Source: an uncultured Candidatus Binatia bacterium | Lineage (GTDB): Bacteria > Desulfobacterota > Binatia > UBA9968 > CAXXLF01 | Direction of reading: 5' to 3' | Length of the DNA: 64,000 nucleotides | Assembly: GCA_965218425.1 (NCBI GenBank) | Contig: OZ244621.1 | Coordinates: 3,328,001-3,392,000 of the forward strand | Shown here: piece after piece, positions 10,797 to 20,423 of the stretch | Layout of the letters: each line of letters opens with the position of its first letter | Numbering within the stretch: position 1 is the stretch's first letter | Position numbers and translations under genes: made by a program | Notes under the pieces: generated by a model | What the model saw: the letters and a program-made list of their open reading frames with translations, nothing else | Told to the model about the DNA's origin: nothing | The model's database searches: none

Positions 10797-11019
10797 CGGC
10801 AGGCCACCGAGCCCTAATATTTTCTACGTAACTCCATTGCTCCGTTCATATCCCACTCAGTAAGCCCGGTAGACGAGAAGCGCCCCGAGTCGCCGGTGTA
10901 AGGGTTCGGTTCGGGGTTAGCAGTGTCCATGGACCCTTGGCAAGCCGTTGGAAATATGGCAAGAGTAAATCCCGTACCGTGGTCAAAAACCCGTTTTGCA
11001 ATGCCAACAGGAGGAACCA

Positions 11020-12183
11020 TTGGCTAAACAGGATGCCCGCCAAAAGTCTTTGCGAAAAGGCCTTGGGATTCTTCGATCGGCAGGGATTGCGGTTGAGGAT
11101 CCAACGCCTTCGACAGTGCAAATCCTAAAGGGCAAATTCGGAACGGGCAAAGAGGTCGACCTGGCCCTGGTCTATCTATTGGGTCGAATCACCGATCCTG
11201 CGGCGCTGGATGCGCTGATCTTAATGGAACCAGGGGCGACGAATAAAGAAGTGAAAAGAGAGGTGCGTCGCTCTCTATTCAAATTGGGCCAGCAGGGGTT
11301 ACTCCCGCCACGGCGCGAGCCTGCAGCCCAAGAGAGTGAGAAACCCGATTTCAGCCTCGGTCCGGGGCTCGAAGCCTATCTATCCTCGGTGGATTCGGGA
11401 GGCAACCGTTTAATTTGGCTTGCCAAGCCCCAGGCCGGAAGCGGGATACAGATTATCCAAGGATTCTTCAATGATCGCGAGGGCCTTGTTCAAGTGGGGG
11501 GATCATTGATTCGCCGAAAAGAACTTCGCCAGATGATGACGGAGATCAAGGAGAAACATGGAATCAACGTGATTTCCATACCGTGGAATTACGCCGATTT
11601 CATCCTTTACGAAGCCTTTGAAAAGGCAAAGGCTCAGGGGCGGAGTGGCTTGGAGCAATTCCACGCCCTGCGGGCCCATCTGAACCTGTCCAAACCCAGT
11701 GCAAGACCCCATCCCGTCTACGATCATCTCAATCCCGAGGAGGTTCGCTCCGGCTCCTGGCGTGAGACCTCGCAAAGACTCCTGGAGGAGCCAGAGTTCC
11801 AATCATGGGTCTTGGTTGAAGAATGGATTCGCCCCTGTATGGACAGGGTTCAGGAGGCACAGCAAAGCCGCTTGGTGTTAAACCCTCTGCAAAAGGAGGA
11901 GCGAATTTCGACCCTTATTCGAGAAATGGTTCAAGAGTTGTTTACCGGAGAGGTGGGACAGCTTTTTTCACGTAGAATGGAAGATATGGCGCTACATCTT
12001 TTCGTGGCCAACAAGGAGGATCGAGCAAAGTCCGCCCTTGCTGTAGCCCTGTGTCTACGGGACGGGGAGTTGGGTGGGCTGGGGGTGCCGTTTCTTCATG
12101 GATTAGTTCAAAAGAGCCTGGCAGTGTATATAACTCAGGATAAGAGGCGGCCGGAGGATTCGTCTCTAATTGTCAAACCGTAG
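11020..12183 (+). CDS. Hypothetical protein with N-terminal HEAT-like helices
   Basis: Long ORF; TTG start at 11020 after GGAGG; LALVYLLGRITDPAALDAL...VKREVRRSLFKL looks HEAT-like. Confidence 0.75.
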   Translation: MAKQDARQKSLRKGLGILRSAGIAVEDPTPSTVQILKGKFGTGKEVDLALVYLLGRITDPAALDALILMEPGATNKEVKREVRRSLFKLGQQGLLPPRREPAAQESEKPDFSLGPGLEAYLSSVDSGGNRLIWLAKPQAGSGIQIIQGFFNDREGLVQVGGSLIRRKELRQMMTEIKEKHGINVISIPWNYADFILYEAFEKAKAQGRSGLEQFHALRAHLNLSKPSARPHPVYDHLNPEEVRSGSWRETSQRLLEEPEFQSWVLVEEWIRPCMDRVQEAQQSRLVLNPLQKEERISTLIREMVQELFTGEVGQLFSRRMEDMALHLFVANKEDRAKSALAVALCLRDGELGGLGVPFLHGLVQKSLAVYITQDKRRPEDSSLIVKP

Positions 12184-12208
12184 ATTCTAAACGAAGGAAA
12201 CAAGTAAG

Positions 12209-13309
12209 ATGTCTAAAACGCCTGAAATTTTCGATGAATGGTATATCAAAAGCTCCTATCAGCAGTTTGTGCAACAGGAAGGCGTGCCCCTGTACGAAGG
12301 AAGCGCCCTGGAAGACCTGGTGGGGCTGCCCTTGGGCGATTGGGAAAGGAGAGGGGGGCAGTGCGCGTATACACGCTTAGGTAATCAGGAAACTTCCTAC
12401 AATCTTCAGATCATCGAGATCCCTCCTAAGGGAGAGCTGAAACCGGAACGGCACATGTATGAGGCTATCATGTATGTGATGAAAGGCCGGGGAGCCACCA
12501 CCCTATGGCAGGAGGGCGAATCCAAACACACAGTCGAATGGGAAGAGGGATCGTTACTCACGATACCCCTCAATGCATGGCATCAGGAGTTCAATGCCTC
12601 CAGCGACGAGCCATGCAGGATATTTTTCTGCACCAACATGGCCTACGTGATTAACTGGTACCACAATCTAGAATACGTCTTTAATAACCCATTTTGTTTC
12701 AAAGACCGCTATTCCTATGGGATGCAAAACTTTTTTAGCCAGCAGGGAAAGCACTGGCAGCATCGGACCTTTGAGACCAATTTTGTCCCCGACATACGAA
12801 AGGTTCCTTTGGATGATAATCCAGTCAGAGGTCATCGTCACAGGGTTCAAAGACTCTCCATGGCCGCCACATCCATTGGAATTCATATCGCTGAAGTTGA
12901 AGTGGGAACCTATATGACCGCCCATCGACACACCGCAGGGGCTCATGTGATTACCGTGGAAGGACAGGGCTACGAGGTGTTGTTTATGCCTGGGGAGGAA
13001 AAAAATAGGCAAAAAATCCCATTGAAACCCTATACGGTCATTTCACCGAAGCACAACGAGTTTCACCAGCACTTCAATGCGGGTAAAACCACCTTTAAGA
13101 TGTTGGCCTTCAGGGGATATGGGATCAGGTATGGTTGGGGAAAAGACTATACCCGAGTGTCGCCCACCGCCCAGACTACGGATTTCCATGCGGAATCATT
13201 GAATATCAGCTACGAACAAGAGGATCCTGTCATAAGGGCAGAGTATTATCGTGAGTTGGAAAAAATCGGCATTAATTCAAGATTACCCCCAGTCAATCAA
13301 AGGGGTTGA
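12209..13309 (+). CDS. Bicupin protein (gentisate 1,2-dioxygenase-like fold), function unknown
   Basis: Cupin motifs RHMYEAIMYVMKGRG...PLNAWHQEFN and AHRHTAGAHV...FHQHFN; paralog at 59893-60975. Confidence 0.82.
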   Translation: MSKTPEIFDEWYIKSSYQQFVQQEGVPLYEGSALEDLVGLPLGDWERRGGQCAYTRLGNQETSYNLQIIEIPPKGELKPERHMYEAIMYVMKGRGATTLWQEGESKHTVEWEEGSLLTIPLNAWHQEFNASSDEPCRIFFCTNMAYVINWYHNLEYVFNNPFCFKDRYSYGMQNFFSQQGKHWQHRTFETNFVPDIRKVPLDDNPVRGHRHRVQRLSMAATSIGIHIAEVEVGTYMTAHRHTAGAHVITVEGQGYEVLFMPGEEKNRQKIPLKPYTVISPKHNEFHQHFNAGKTTFKMLAFRGYGIRYGWGKDYTRVSPTAQTTDFHAESLNISYEQEDPVIRAEYYRELEKIGINSRLPPVNQRG

Positions 13310-13410
13310 TTGGATTGGGTTTTGTTCCAAGGAAGGGTCGCGCCTTGACAAGATCCATGGGGTATCCTATAGGGCGTTAGTACGCAAAATCGGCCAAAGA
13401 GGAGATCCAT

Positions 13411-14538
13411 ATGAATTGGTTATTAACCCTTCGTAGGTTGCTGACCCTTAGTCTTTTAGCGACGTCCCTCGTTTTCTTCACAAAGCCAGGCACTGTTTGG
13501 GGAGAAGAAGGTTGGGCGGAAGTTGTCAAGAAGGGAGAAAAAGAGGGTCGGGTGATGATCTACGCTAGCGCCAACCTCGGTCACTTCCCGATCATCCGGG
13601 CAGCATTTAACAAAAAGTATCCTGATATAAAAGTGGTGACGGTCTTGGGTCGAAGTGTATACTATACCAGGCCTGTGCACGAGCACAGGGCAAATAAATA
13701 TTTGGTGGACCTCATCATTGGCTCACCCTCAAGGCTTTACCGAACCCTTTCCAGAGCGAAGAGCCCCAAAATGTTGGAACCCGTCCGACCTGCATTAATG
13801 CTCCCTGACGTCATCGACCAGTCCCTATGGTGGAGGGGCAAGCACACATACATAGACCCCCAGGGACAGGATGTTTTCATGTTTGAAAGCAGCATTTATG
13901 GAGCCCAACTTGCTTACAACACGAATCGCGTCGACCCGACACAATTCAATTCTGTCTGGGACATCTTGGAACCAAAGTGGAAAGGAAAGATTTTAGCGCC
14001 CGACATTGTGGGCATCGGGGGGTTAAATTCGGTCAATTTTATTTATCACCATCCTGAAATGGGGCCCCAATATCTTACCAAGCTATACACCGAATTGGAC
14101 CCCACACTATACCGGAATTTTTCGCGAGCGGTGGACCGCTTGGCCAGTGGTCCATTTTCCCTTTGCTTAGCCTGCCGTAGGGTACCTCTCGCCATGGAAC
14201 AGGGACTTCCGGTGAACGAAATTTCACCCTATCAGTTTAAAGAGAAACAGGGCGTTGGTGGCGGAAGCGGGGCCATCGTCAGAGTGACTCACGCCCCTCA
14301 TCCCAATGCGGCCAAGGTGTTTTTGAACTGGTGGTTGTCACGAGAAGGACAGATCACCTTCAGATTGGCGAACGAGATGAATCCTAGAAAATCATCACTG
14401 AGGGATGATATTCCAGAAAAGCTCTTACCCAAAGTTCGAAGAATCAAGGGCAAGGACTACATGTTTGTTAACCGCTGGGATCGGCTAGACTATAAGGCAC
14501 TGGTCAAGTTCGCTAAGGGGATTCAAAAACCAAGGTAA
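13411..14538 (+). CDS. ABC-type extracellular solute-binding protein (Fe3+/polyamine-like class), orphan
   Basis: Signal peptide, KEGRVMIY, AYNT, WDILEPKWKGK, APHPNAAKVFLNWWLSREGQ. Confidence 0.88.
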   Translation: MNWLLTLRRLLTLSLLATSLVFFTKPGTVWGEEGWAEVVKKGEKEGRVMIYASANLGHFPIIRAAFNKKYPDIKVVTVLGRSVYYTRPVHEHRANKYLVDLIIGSPSRLYRTLSRAKSPKMLEPVRPALMLPDVIDQSLWWRGKHTYIDPQGQDVFMFESSIYGAQLAYNTNRVDPTQFNSVWDILEPKWKGKILAPDIVGIGGLNSVNFIYHHPEMGPQYLTKLYTELDPTLYRNFSRAVDRLASGPFSLCLACRRVPLAMEQGLPVNEISPYQFKEKQGVGGGSGAIVRVTHAPHPNAAKVFLNWWLSREGQITFRLANEMNPRKSSLRDDIPEKLLPKVRRIKGKDYMFVNRWDRLDYKALVKFAKGIQKPR

Positions 14539-14568
14539 TGAAAAGCGTTTGGGCATCCATGGTCCTAC

Positions 14569-15567
14569 CTAGGGCGTAAGGTTTATGCCCAACCCTTGTT
14601 CCGTGGCCCTCTTATAAACGTAAGAGGAAATGGCCACGTCGTAGATGCCGGACCCGGAGTTCATGTAGGCAATAATTTGGCTGTCCGACGTCCTCCCCGG
14701 TTTCTTCCCTAGAATAATATCTCCCATCTCCACCGAGAGGTCAGCTTCAGTGAGTTCTCCCGAGTCCATGAGGTCCGCCACCGCCTGGTAGGGCGGCACG
14801 TGGGAAATTACCTCATTGATGATGGAGGCGATCAGTTTGGACTTTTTTGCCGTTGCCTTATCCATTTCCTCAGGGGTATTGGTAATGAAGGTGCTCCCGG
14901 GCTTGAGCCAGTCCCCATTGAGAACGGGGACAACCGTGCTGGTTGCCGCGGTTACGATATCTGAGTCTCGAACAACGGGTTGCGGATTATCGAAATCAAG
15001 GACTTCCACCTGCATCTCTTTGGTGAAAAGACTCACAAAGGACTTACGGTGGTCAGGATTGGGGCTATAGACCTTGATTTTTTTGATAGGTCTCACGGTA
15101 CAGACGGCACGGGTGGCCCACTGCGCAATGCGCCCTGAACCGATGACGCCCAGTGTCGATGAATTTGCCAGGGAGAGATGCTTTGCAGCCATTCCGTCCG
15201 GCACCGCGCTGCGAACCCCATGGATCAGGGAATCAGAAATCGCCGCTCTCCATTCCATGGTCCCCGAATCGAAAAAGATGAGAAGGAATCCACCGGTCCC
15301 CTGGCCGGGCTTGTCTCCTTTTTTCGTGGTACCGACTCTCAGTCCTGCACCGATTCCAGGAAGAATGGCGGGGAGAATTCTCATGTCGTGAGTCCACGGA
15401 CGTCCGCTCCCTAGGCCAGTCACCGTAGGGAATACCACCCGGAGCCGTTTTCCATAGGTCCCTTTGTTCTGGGCCAGCAGCCTGTGGGCCTGTTCAAATA
15501 GCTCGATGAGCTCATTCATGTCGAGTTTGAGCTTCAGGGTGTCTTCGTAGGAAACAAAAAGGGCCAT
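14569..15567 (-). CDS. Ornithine cyclodeaminase/mu-crystallin family protein
   Basis: GVRSA, GVIGSGRIA Rossmann motif, SDIVTAAT, KPGRTSDSQI, SGSGIYDVA. Confidence 0.88.
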   Translation of the reverse strand: MALFVSYEDTLKLKLDMNELIELFEQAHRLLAQNKGTYGKRLRVVFPTVTGLGSGRPWTHDMRILPAILPGIGAGLRVGTTKKGDKPGQGTGGFLLIFFDSGTMEWRAAISDSLIHGVRSAVPDGMAAKHLSLANSSTLGVIGSGRIAQWATRAVCTVRPIKKIKVYSPNPDHRKSFVSLFTKEMQVEVLDFDNPQPVVRDSDIVTAATSTVVPVLNGDWLKPGSTFITNTPEEMDKATAKKSKLIASIINEVISHVPPYQAVADLMDSGELTEADLSVEMGDIILGKKPGRTSDSQIIAYMNSGSGIYDVAISSYVYKRATEQGLGINLTP

Positions 15568-15585
15568 CTTAGTTCCTCCAGTTGC

Positions 15586-16878
15586 TTAGCCTGTTCCAGT
15601 CCGCTCACGGTTGCAGATATCCAGGGCCAGCAGGGTGTAAACCTTTGCTGCTTTGACCATATCTTCGATCTGGATTTCCTCCCGCCGCGGGCCGATATTC
15701 TTTCCACGGGGGCCGAATTTGATGGTGGGGATCCCCAGTTCGTTGTAAACGTTTGTGTCCGTCCAGATACTCGCCCTTTCGGGTTTCTCCGGATTTGGCT
15801 TGGACCCAAAGAGATATTCGTGGACTTCTTCCAGAGACTGGACCAGAGGTTCCACTCCCTTACCTTCGTGCCCCATCAGGGAACGGTAAAATTCCAGGTC
15901 GTATTCGATGCCGAGGGAGGAGAGAATTTTCTCAACCTCGTACTTTATGGCGAGGGGTCTTAAGTGAGGCGGGGTACGTACATCCACGTAAATGTGACAG
16001 ACCCCCGGCAAATAATTCGGTTTATACGGCGCTCCCCCCTCAATGGCCCCTATATTGACCTTGGATAAAATGGGTCCCGTGGGAGAGTTATAGATGTTGC
16101 GCTCTTCAAAATCCTCCGCCCATTTTTCCAGGGCCTCGATGATCCTTGTCATTTTTATGATGGCGTTGATTTCCACCATGGGTTGACTGGCCCTCTTGGT
16201 CCCCCAGGCGGCGCGTGCCCTGCCGAAGGTGGAGACCTTGAAGTCCACCACTCCCACCTGGGTCCACACGACGTTCAGGTCCGATCCGTCTGCAACCACC
16301 GCATAATCTGACTGAATACCGTGAGTCAGCAGGTGCCTCGTCCCGATTCCTTCGCCTCTGTACTCCTGGCTTTGAAACGGTCCGATGGGGGTGCGAGAGA
16401 TTTCGCCCACGACACCGGCAAGGATTAAGTCGCCTTTCAGTTGAATACCACTCTTCTTGATTGCCTTGGCTGCCATTAAAAAGGCGGTCACTCCTCCCTT
16501 CATATTGGAAATTCCTAAACCCCGGACAACGTCGTCTTCGATGATGCCTTGAAGCTCTGATTCGGATTCCACGTTTGCGACGATTCGCCGATCCTCATCG
16601 GTGCCCGTAAAACTTGTGTCTAAATGGCCATTGAACATGAGGCTTAGGCCTTTACCCTGTCCCTTCAATATCCCCACCGCGTTGGGCCGGTCCACGTCCA
16701 CCTCCTGTCGGATGGGTTTGAGGCCGTTTGACTCGTACCATTGGAGGACGAAGCGGGCAACGGCATTTTCCTTGCCCGTGGGGCTGGGAATATTGACGAG
16801 ATCGCAGGCGAGGCGTGCCAACTCATCACGGTCCAGGTGGGCCAAAACCTTCTGGGCGAGTTTTTTGTCTAACGCCAT
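15586..16878 (-). CDS. M20/ArgE-DapE family metallohydrolase with atypical ligands
   Basis: LVNIPSPTGKE, LMFNGHLDT, GISNMKGG, VVGEI, WTDTNVYNELGIP. Confidence 0.85.
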   Translation of the reverse strand: MALDKKLAQKVLAHLDRDELARLACDLVNIPSPTGKENAVARFVLQWYESNGLKPIRQEVDVDRPNAVGILKGQGKGLSLMFNGHLDTSFTGTDEDRRIVANVESESELQGIIEDDVVRGLGISNMKGGVTAFLMAAKAIKKSGIQLKGDLILAGVVGEISRTPIGPFQSQEYRGEGIGTRHLLTHGIQSDYAVVADGSDLNVVWTQVGVVDFKVSTFGRARAAWGTKRASQPMVEINAIIKMTRIIEALEKWAEDFEERNIYNSPTGPILSKVNIGAIEGGAPYKPNYLPGVCHIYVDVRTPPHLRPLAIKYEVEKILSSLGIEYDLEFYRSLMGHEGKGVEPLVQSLEEVHEYLFGSKPNPEKPERASIWTDTNVYNELGIPTIKFGPRGKNIGPRREEIQIEDMVKAAKVYTLLALDICNRERTGTG

Positions 16879-17018
16879 ACGGTTCTTTCTCCTCGAACGA
16901 AGATGGCTAGAAGTCAATCCAACAATCTTTGAAATGACGTGATCTATAGGAAAAGGAAGACCGGTAGAGCTTGGTCCAAGAAAAACATACGGGAGCCAAC
17001 CCGTGGTATTCGAAGGCG

Positions 17019-17870
17019 TTAGTTCTGAGACGAGATTTCCCAGCAGTTTAAGTCGGGATCTCGAAGCAGAAACGACGAAAGGCTCCCTCGCGTTTGAATT
17101 CCACCTACCTCTTTAGCTCCCAGTTCTGTACCGGCTTTCTTCAGCCATTCATGGGAGCGGAGCACCGCGTCTTGAGATTCCACCGATACCGTAAAGCGGA
17201 AATTGGCTGAATAATTCTTTTTCCCTTCTCGAGCGAGAGAGACAATATAGGATTTGTATTGAGGATATTTCAGGTAAACCACTTTCTCATAGGCCTTAAA
17301 GATGTCCAAACCCAATACCTCTGTATAAAAGCGTTTGGAAACCTCCAGGTTATCGGAGGCGAGGGTGCCATGGGTGAAGGCCTGAGGGACATAGCCTTTT
17401 CCTGGAAAATGATCAGAGGCAAGAGGTGTGTCCCAGTGTCGGCCCCGGACACCGCCGAGCCTGGTACCGCCCACTTCTTTACGCAGCACGTCCTCAAAGC
17501 ATTCGATCTCCCACCCGTTGGTGCCTGGCTCCAGGAAATAAAGGGAATAGGAGCCATGGGAAATGTCGGGCTTCCCGATCTGCTCCAATCCGTAATCCTT
17601 TTGATGGGCGGTCAAATACTCATAGGCCGCATCCACTTCTGCTTTCTTTTCCACACGCACTCCATAGTGGTTGTGCATCTGCTTTACCGCTGAGCTGGGT
17701 CCACCCTCATGAACGGTTAACCTCCAATGGCTATTGGGATGACTTAGGGTGGTTTCATGGGGGCCTTCGGAAATCACCTGGAATGCTAAAAGGTCCGTCA
17801 GCACGGGGACGGTTTCTTTCAAGAGGCAACATTCCATATGGGCAACGGTAAAAGCGGTGGGCTGATTCAT
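17019..17870 (-). CDS. VOC (glyoxalase/extradiol dioxygenase) family protein, two domains
   Basis: HYGVRV, YSLYFLEPGTNGWEI, FYTEVLGL, RDPDLNCWEI. Confidence 0.85.
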   Translation of the reverse strand: MNQPTAFTVAHMECCLLKETVPVLTDLLAFQVISEGPHETTLSHPNSHWRLTVHEGGPSSAVKQMHNHYGVRVEKKAEVDAAYEYLTAHQKDYGLEQIGKPDISHGSYSLYFLEPGTNGWEIECFEDVLRKEVGGTRLGGVRGRHWDTPLASDHFPGKGYVPQAFTHGTLASDNLEVSKRFYTEVLGLDIFKAYEKVVYLKYPQYKSYIVSLAREGKKNYSANFRFTVSVESQDAVLRSHEWLKKAGTELGAKEVGGIQTRGSLSSFLLRDPDLNCWEISSQN

Positions 17871-17906
17871 TTTTCTACTCCTCAGGAACTTTTACCTTTT
17901 TTTCGG

Positions 17907-20423
17907 TTAACGGTAAAGGGTCCTGTCCCCTTTAGTCTCGTATCTGTGGATTTGAGGAATGAAGGAGGGAAGTCCCGTGCTTCCCTGGATGAGGAAATTC
18001 ACCGGGATGAAGTCCTGCAGCAATGGAATGGGCAATTGTAGGCTTCCCATGGGGGTCGTTCCCTCTGTCCCAAGAGAGATCTTGTCTCCCCCCAGGTATT
18101 CCGGCAGTTTGCCGCTAATGTTAAATCCACCGGTGGATACGCTCCCCTGGAGCGGAGGGAGCTTGAATTTACCCCTACCATTTTTCTCATTCTCGGTGAC
18201 GAGTTTATAATCCAACACCTTTTGAAAGGTCGGCGGCTCATCTCCGCCCGCGCGTTTCACCAAGGTCAGGTTCGTATCGTCCAATTCCTTTGCCTTGGGA
18301 GCCCGCTTCTCCGTTAGGAATTCAGACGGGAGTTGCGTGATCCCTCCCGGGCTTCCTTTTGGTCGGATGTGGACATCCTCCATGGCAATCTCGTAATGCC
18401 TCTTTCTGAGGGCACGCTGAAACCGTTCGACGGTCTCCGTTTTTACGAGGTATGCCTTACTTTGACTTCCCCAGGGAGTTTCAAAGTGCAGTATGATCTC
18501 ACTTCGGTTCAATAGGTTGACCCCTCGATCAGCCAACTCGATATTGTTGGGATTGCCATCGAAGAGTATTGATTTTAACCCCAGACCCTCCAGATTGTAC
18601 AGTTCCGGGTACTCCATCAAGAACTCCTTGCTGATTCTGGTTCCTCGGTTCTCTAGTTTGACCAGTTCGGCTAATTTGCCAATGGCCTTCTTGGAGGCCG
18701 CAGTCTCTGGATACATGTCGAGGACCCACCGCAAGTACATTTCCTTGGTATAGTTGCTCTGGCTCTGTTCTGCACGCCGCAGCACGACACCGGCTGAAGT
18801 CTCTTTTAACTTTGAAATTTTTTCCTCGGAAGCGCTTCCCGACATCTGGTGGTAAGCAATAGACTTATGGTAGGCACCCACGTCCTCATAGGCCTTGGCG
18901 AGGATGCGGTATACATCGTTGGCATTTTCCGAGTTGGGGTGACTCCGGATATAGGCAACGCCTTTGTCAATGATGGGTTGGTTTGAGATTGGATCAGCGG
19001 TCAGGACTTGAAAGAGATTCGAGCTCATGAACATCAGGTTAGCGAAACCCATGGTACTGACCCCTCCAACGCCTTGATAGATGAAGGGCCTTGCACTCAT
19101 GAGTAGATTTTTTTCCAAAAAATTCTCTCCCAGCAGGATGTACCGTACGGTATTCAGTTGATGCTGTTTCTGGGCCTTATGGAGAAGGGTGAGTTTGTTG
19201 TATTCAGGACTCTCCAATAATGCCTTGGCCCTATTTCGCTGTTCGGGGGATTTGGAAGATCTTGCGATTTTTTTTAGCATTTTTTTTGCCGCATCGCGTT
19301 TCCCCTGGATTTCTAGGGCCACCACTCGAGCCTCTCGGGCCGACTCACCGATGGAACTCCCCGGATATCTCCTTTGTACGGCCTTGGCGTAAACCTCCAC
19401 GGATTTTGGATTTCTAAGGGCCAAAGCGTACAGAAGCTGGATAAGCTGTGCGTCATGGATTTGAATTCCGTTGGTTTTAATTGGTTTCTTTGGGGGCGAA
19501 AGAGATTGTAGCCTTTCATTATTTTTCTCTGTCAACCGCTCCTTCAACTTGTGGTAACCCTTTTTCGCTTTCTTCGATTCAGGGTTAATGAGAATGGCCA
19601 TTTCGTAATGGAGTTCAGCGCGCGTGAACTCGCCTTGATCCATGGCTTGTTCCGCTTCCTTAATATGCTGATGGGTCAAGTCCTTTCTTTTCTTGTTTTG
19701 CAGGTCTTCTACGATTTTTTCGACTTTTTTTCTGTGGGGATCGTTGGGATACCGTTGGAGGTATTGACGGTAAAGATCCAGTGCCTTTCTTTCCTCAAAG
19801 GGGATCTTTTTCGAGCGCAGGGCAGCCAGTTGTGAGACTGTGGCGTCAGCTGCTGCAGTGGCATAGGAACCCGATAAAATGTTGACGAGGTCCACCGATT
19901 TGAGAAATTGGTTTACAAAAAATGCCCATTTGTTGGTCTTGCTTCTCCTTAACATCTCACTGGCTTGCGCCATCTCATCGTTGCGAATCCTTGAGCGGAT
20001 GAGTTTCTTTTGTTCTTCAGAGGTGGCGGCGTCCAGCGCCTTTTTTTGCGCCTTCAAATATGCCTCGCGGTCAGTGATGGTATTGTTGTGGAGGTCCATG
20101 ACATGTTCCGTCAGACCCGTGACGGTCTTTCTCTCCTCCATGAGACGGGTGTCCTTTTCCATGAAGAAGTAAACATGATTCTGGAGGGACTTCTCCGGCT
20201 CAGTGAGGCTGTCGATGACCGCCTGGCGAATTCGTTTGTCCGTCTCATCGGGAAAATACTTGGGCTGATAACGGGCCTGTTCATCAAACGGATTAAAATC
20301 GGGCAATGGATCTAGGATTCTCTCCATGAGGCGGTCACCGCTTACTGAGTGTTCCTGGGCCCAACCCGTCATGGCAACCATGAAGGACAGAAACATGGGT
20401 AATAGGCGGATAGTCCACTTCAC
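17907..20423 (-). CDS. Large exported hypothetical protein with TPR-like repeats
   Basis: 838 aa, signal peptide, ALDLYRQYLQRYPND and AELHYEMAILINPES TPR-like segments; GTG start overlaps the upstream stop. Confidence 0.75.
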   Translation of the reverse strand: MKWTIRLLPMFLSFMVAMTGWAQEHSVSGDRLMERILDPLPDFNPFDEQARYQPKYFPDETDKRIRQAVIDSLTEPEKSLQNHVYFFMEKDTRLMEERKTVTGLTEHVMDLHNNTITDREAYLKAQKKALDAATSEEQKKLIRSRIRNDEMAQASEMLRRSKTNKWAFFVNQFLKSVDLVNILSGSYATAAADATVSQLAALRSKKIPFEERKALDLYRQYLQRYPNDPHRKKVEKIVEDLQNKKRKDLTHQHIKEAEQAMDQGEFTRAELHYEMAILINPESKKAKKGYHKLKERLTEKNNERLQSLSPPKKPIKTNGIQIHDAQLIQLLYALALRNPKSVEVYAKAVQRRYPGSSIGESAREARVVALEIQGKRDAAKKMLKKIARSSKSPEQRNRAKALLESPEYNKLTLLHKAQKQHQLNTVRYILLGENFLEKNLLMSARPFIYQGVGGVSTMGFANLMFMSSNLFQVLTADPISNQPIIDKGVAYIRSHPNSENANDVYRILAKAYEDVGAYHKSIAYHQMSGSASEEKISKLKETSAGVVLRRAEQSQSNYTKEMYLRWVLDMYPETAASKKAIGKLAELVKLENRGTRISKEFLMEYPELYNLEGLGLKSILFDGNPNNIELADRGVNLLNRSEIILHFETPWGSQSKAYLVKTETVERFQRALRKRHYEIAMEDVHIRPKGSPGGITQLPSEFLTEKRAPKAKELDDTNLTLVKRAGGDEPPTFQKVLDYKLVTENEKNGRGKFKLPPLQGSVSTGGFNISGKLPEYLGGDKISLGTEGTTPMGSLQLPIPLLQDFIPVNFLIQGSTGLPSFIPQIHRYETKGDRTLYR

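Noticed and set aside
10589..10807. Peptide MKSDEGNEDEGRGHRTFRLRYSQACCPRPEDSFPEE encoded by the dispersed repeat, with variants in other copies
   Set aside because: Copy 4 has an in-frame TAG, copies 2 and 3 lack the ATG, and many differences are non-synonymous, so conservation is better explained at nucleotide level. The ATG is kept in the three tailed copies, so ribosome profiling would settle it.
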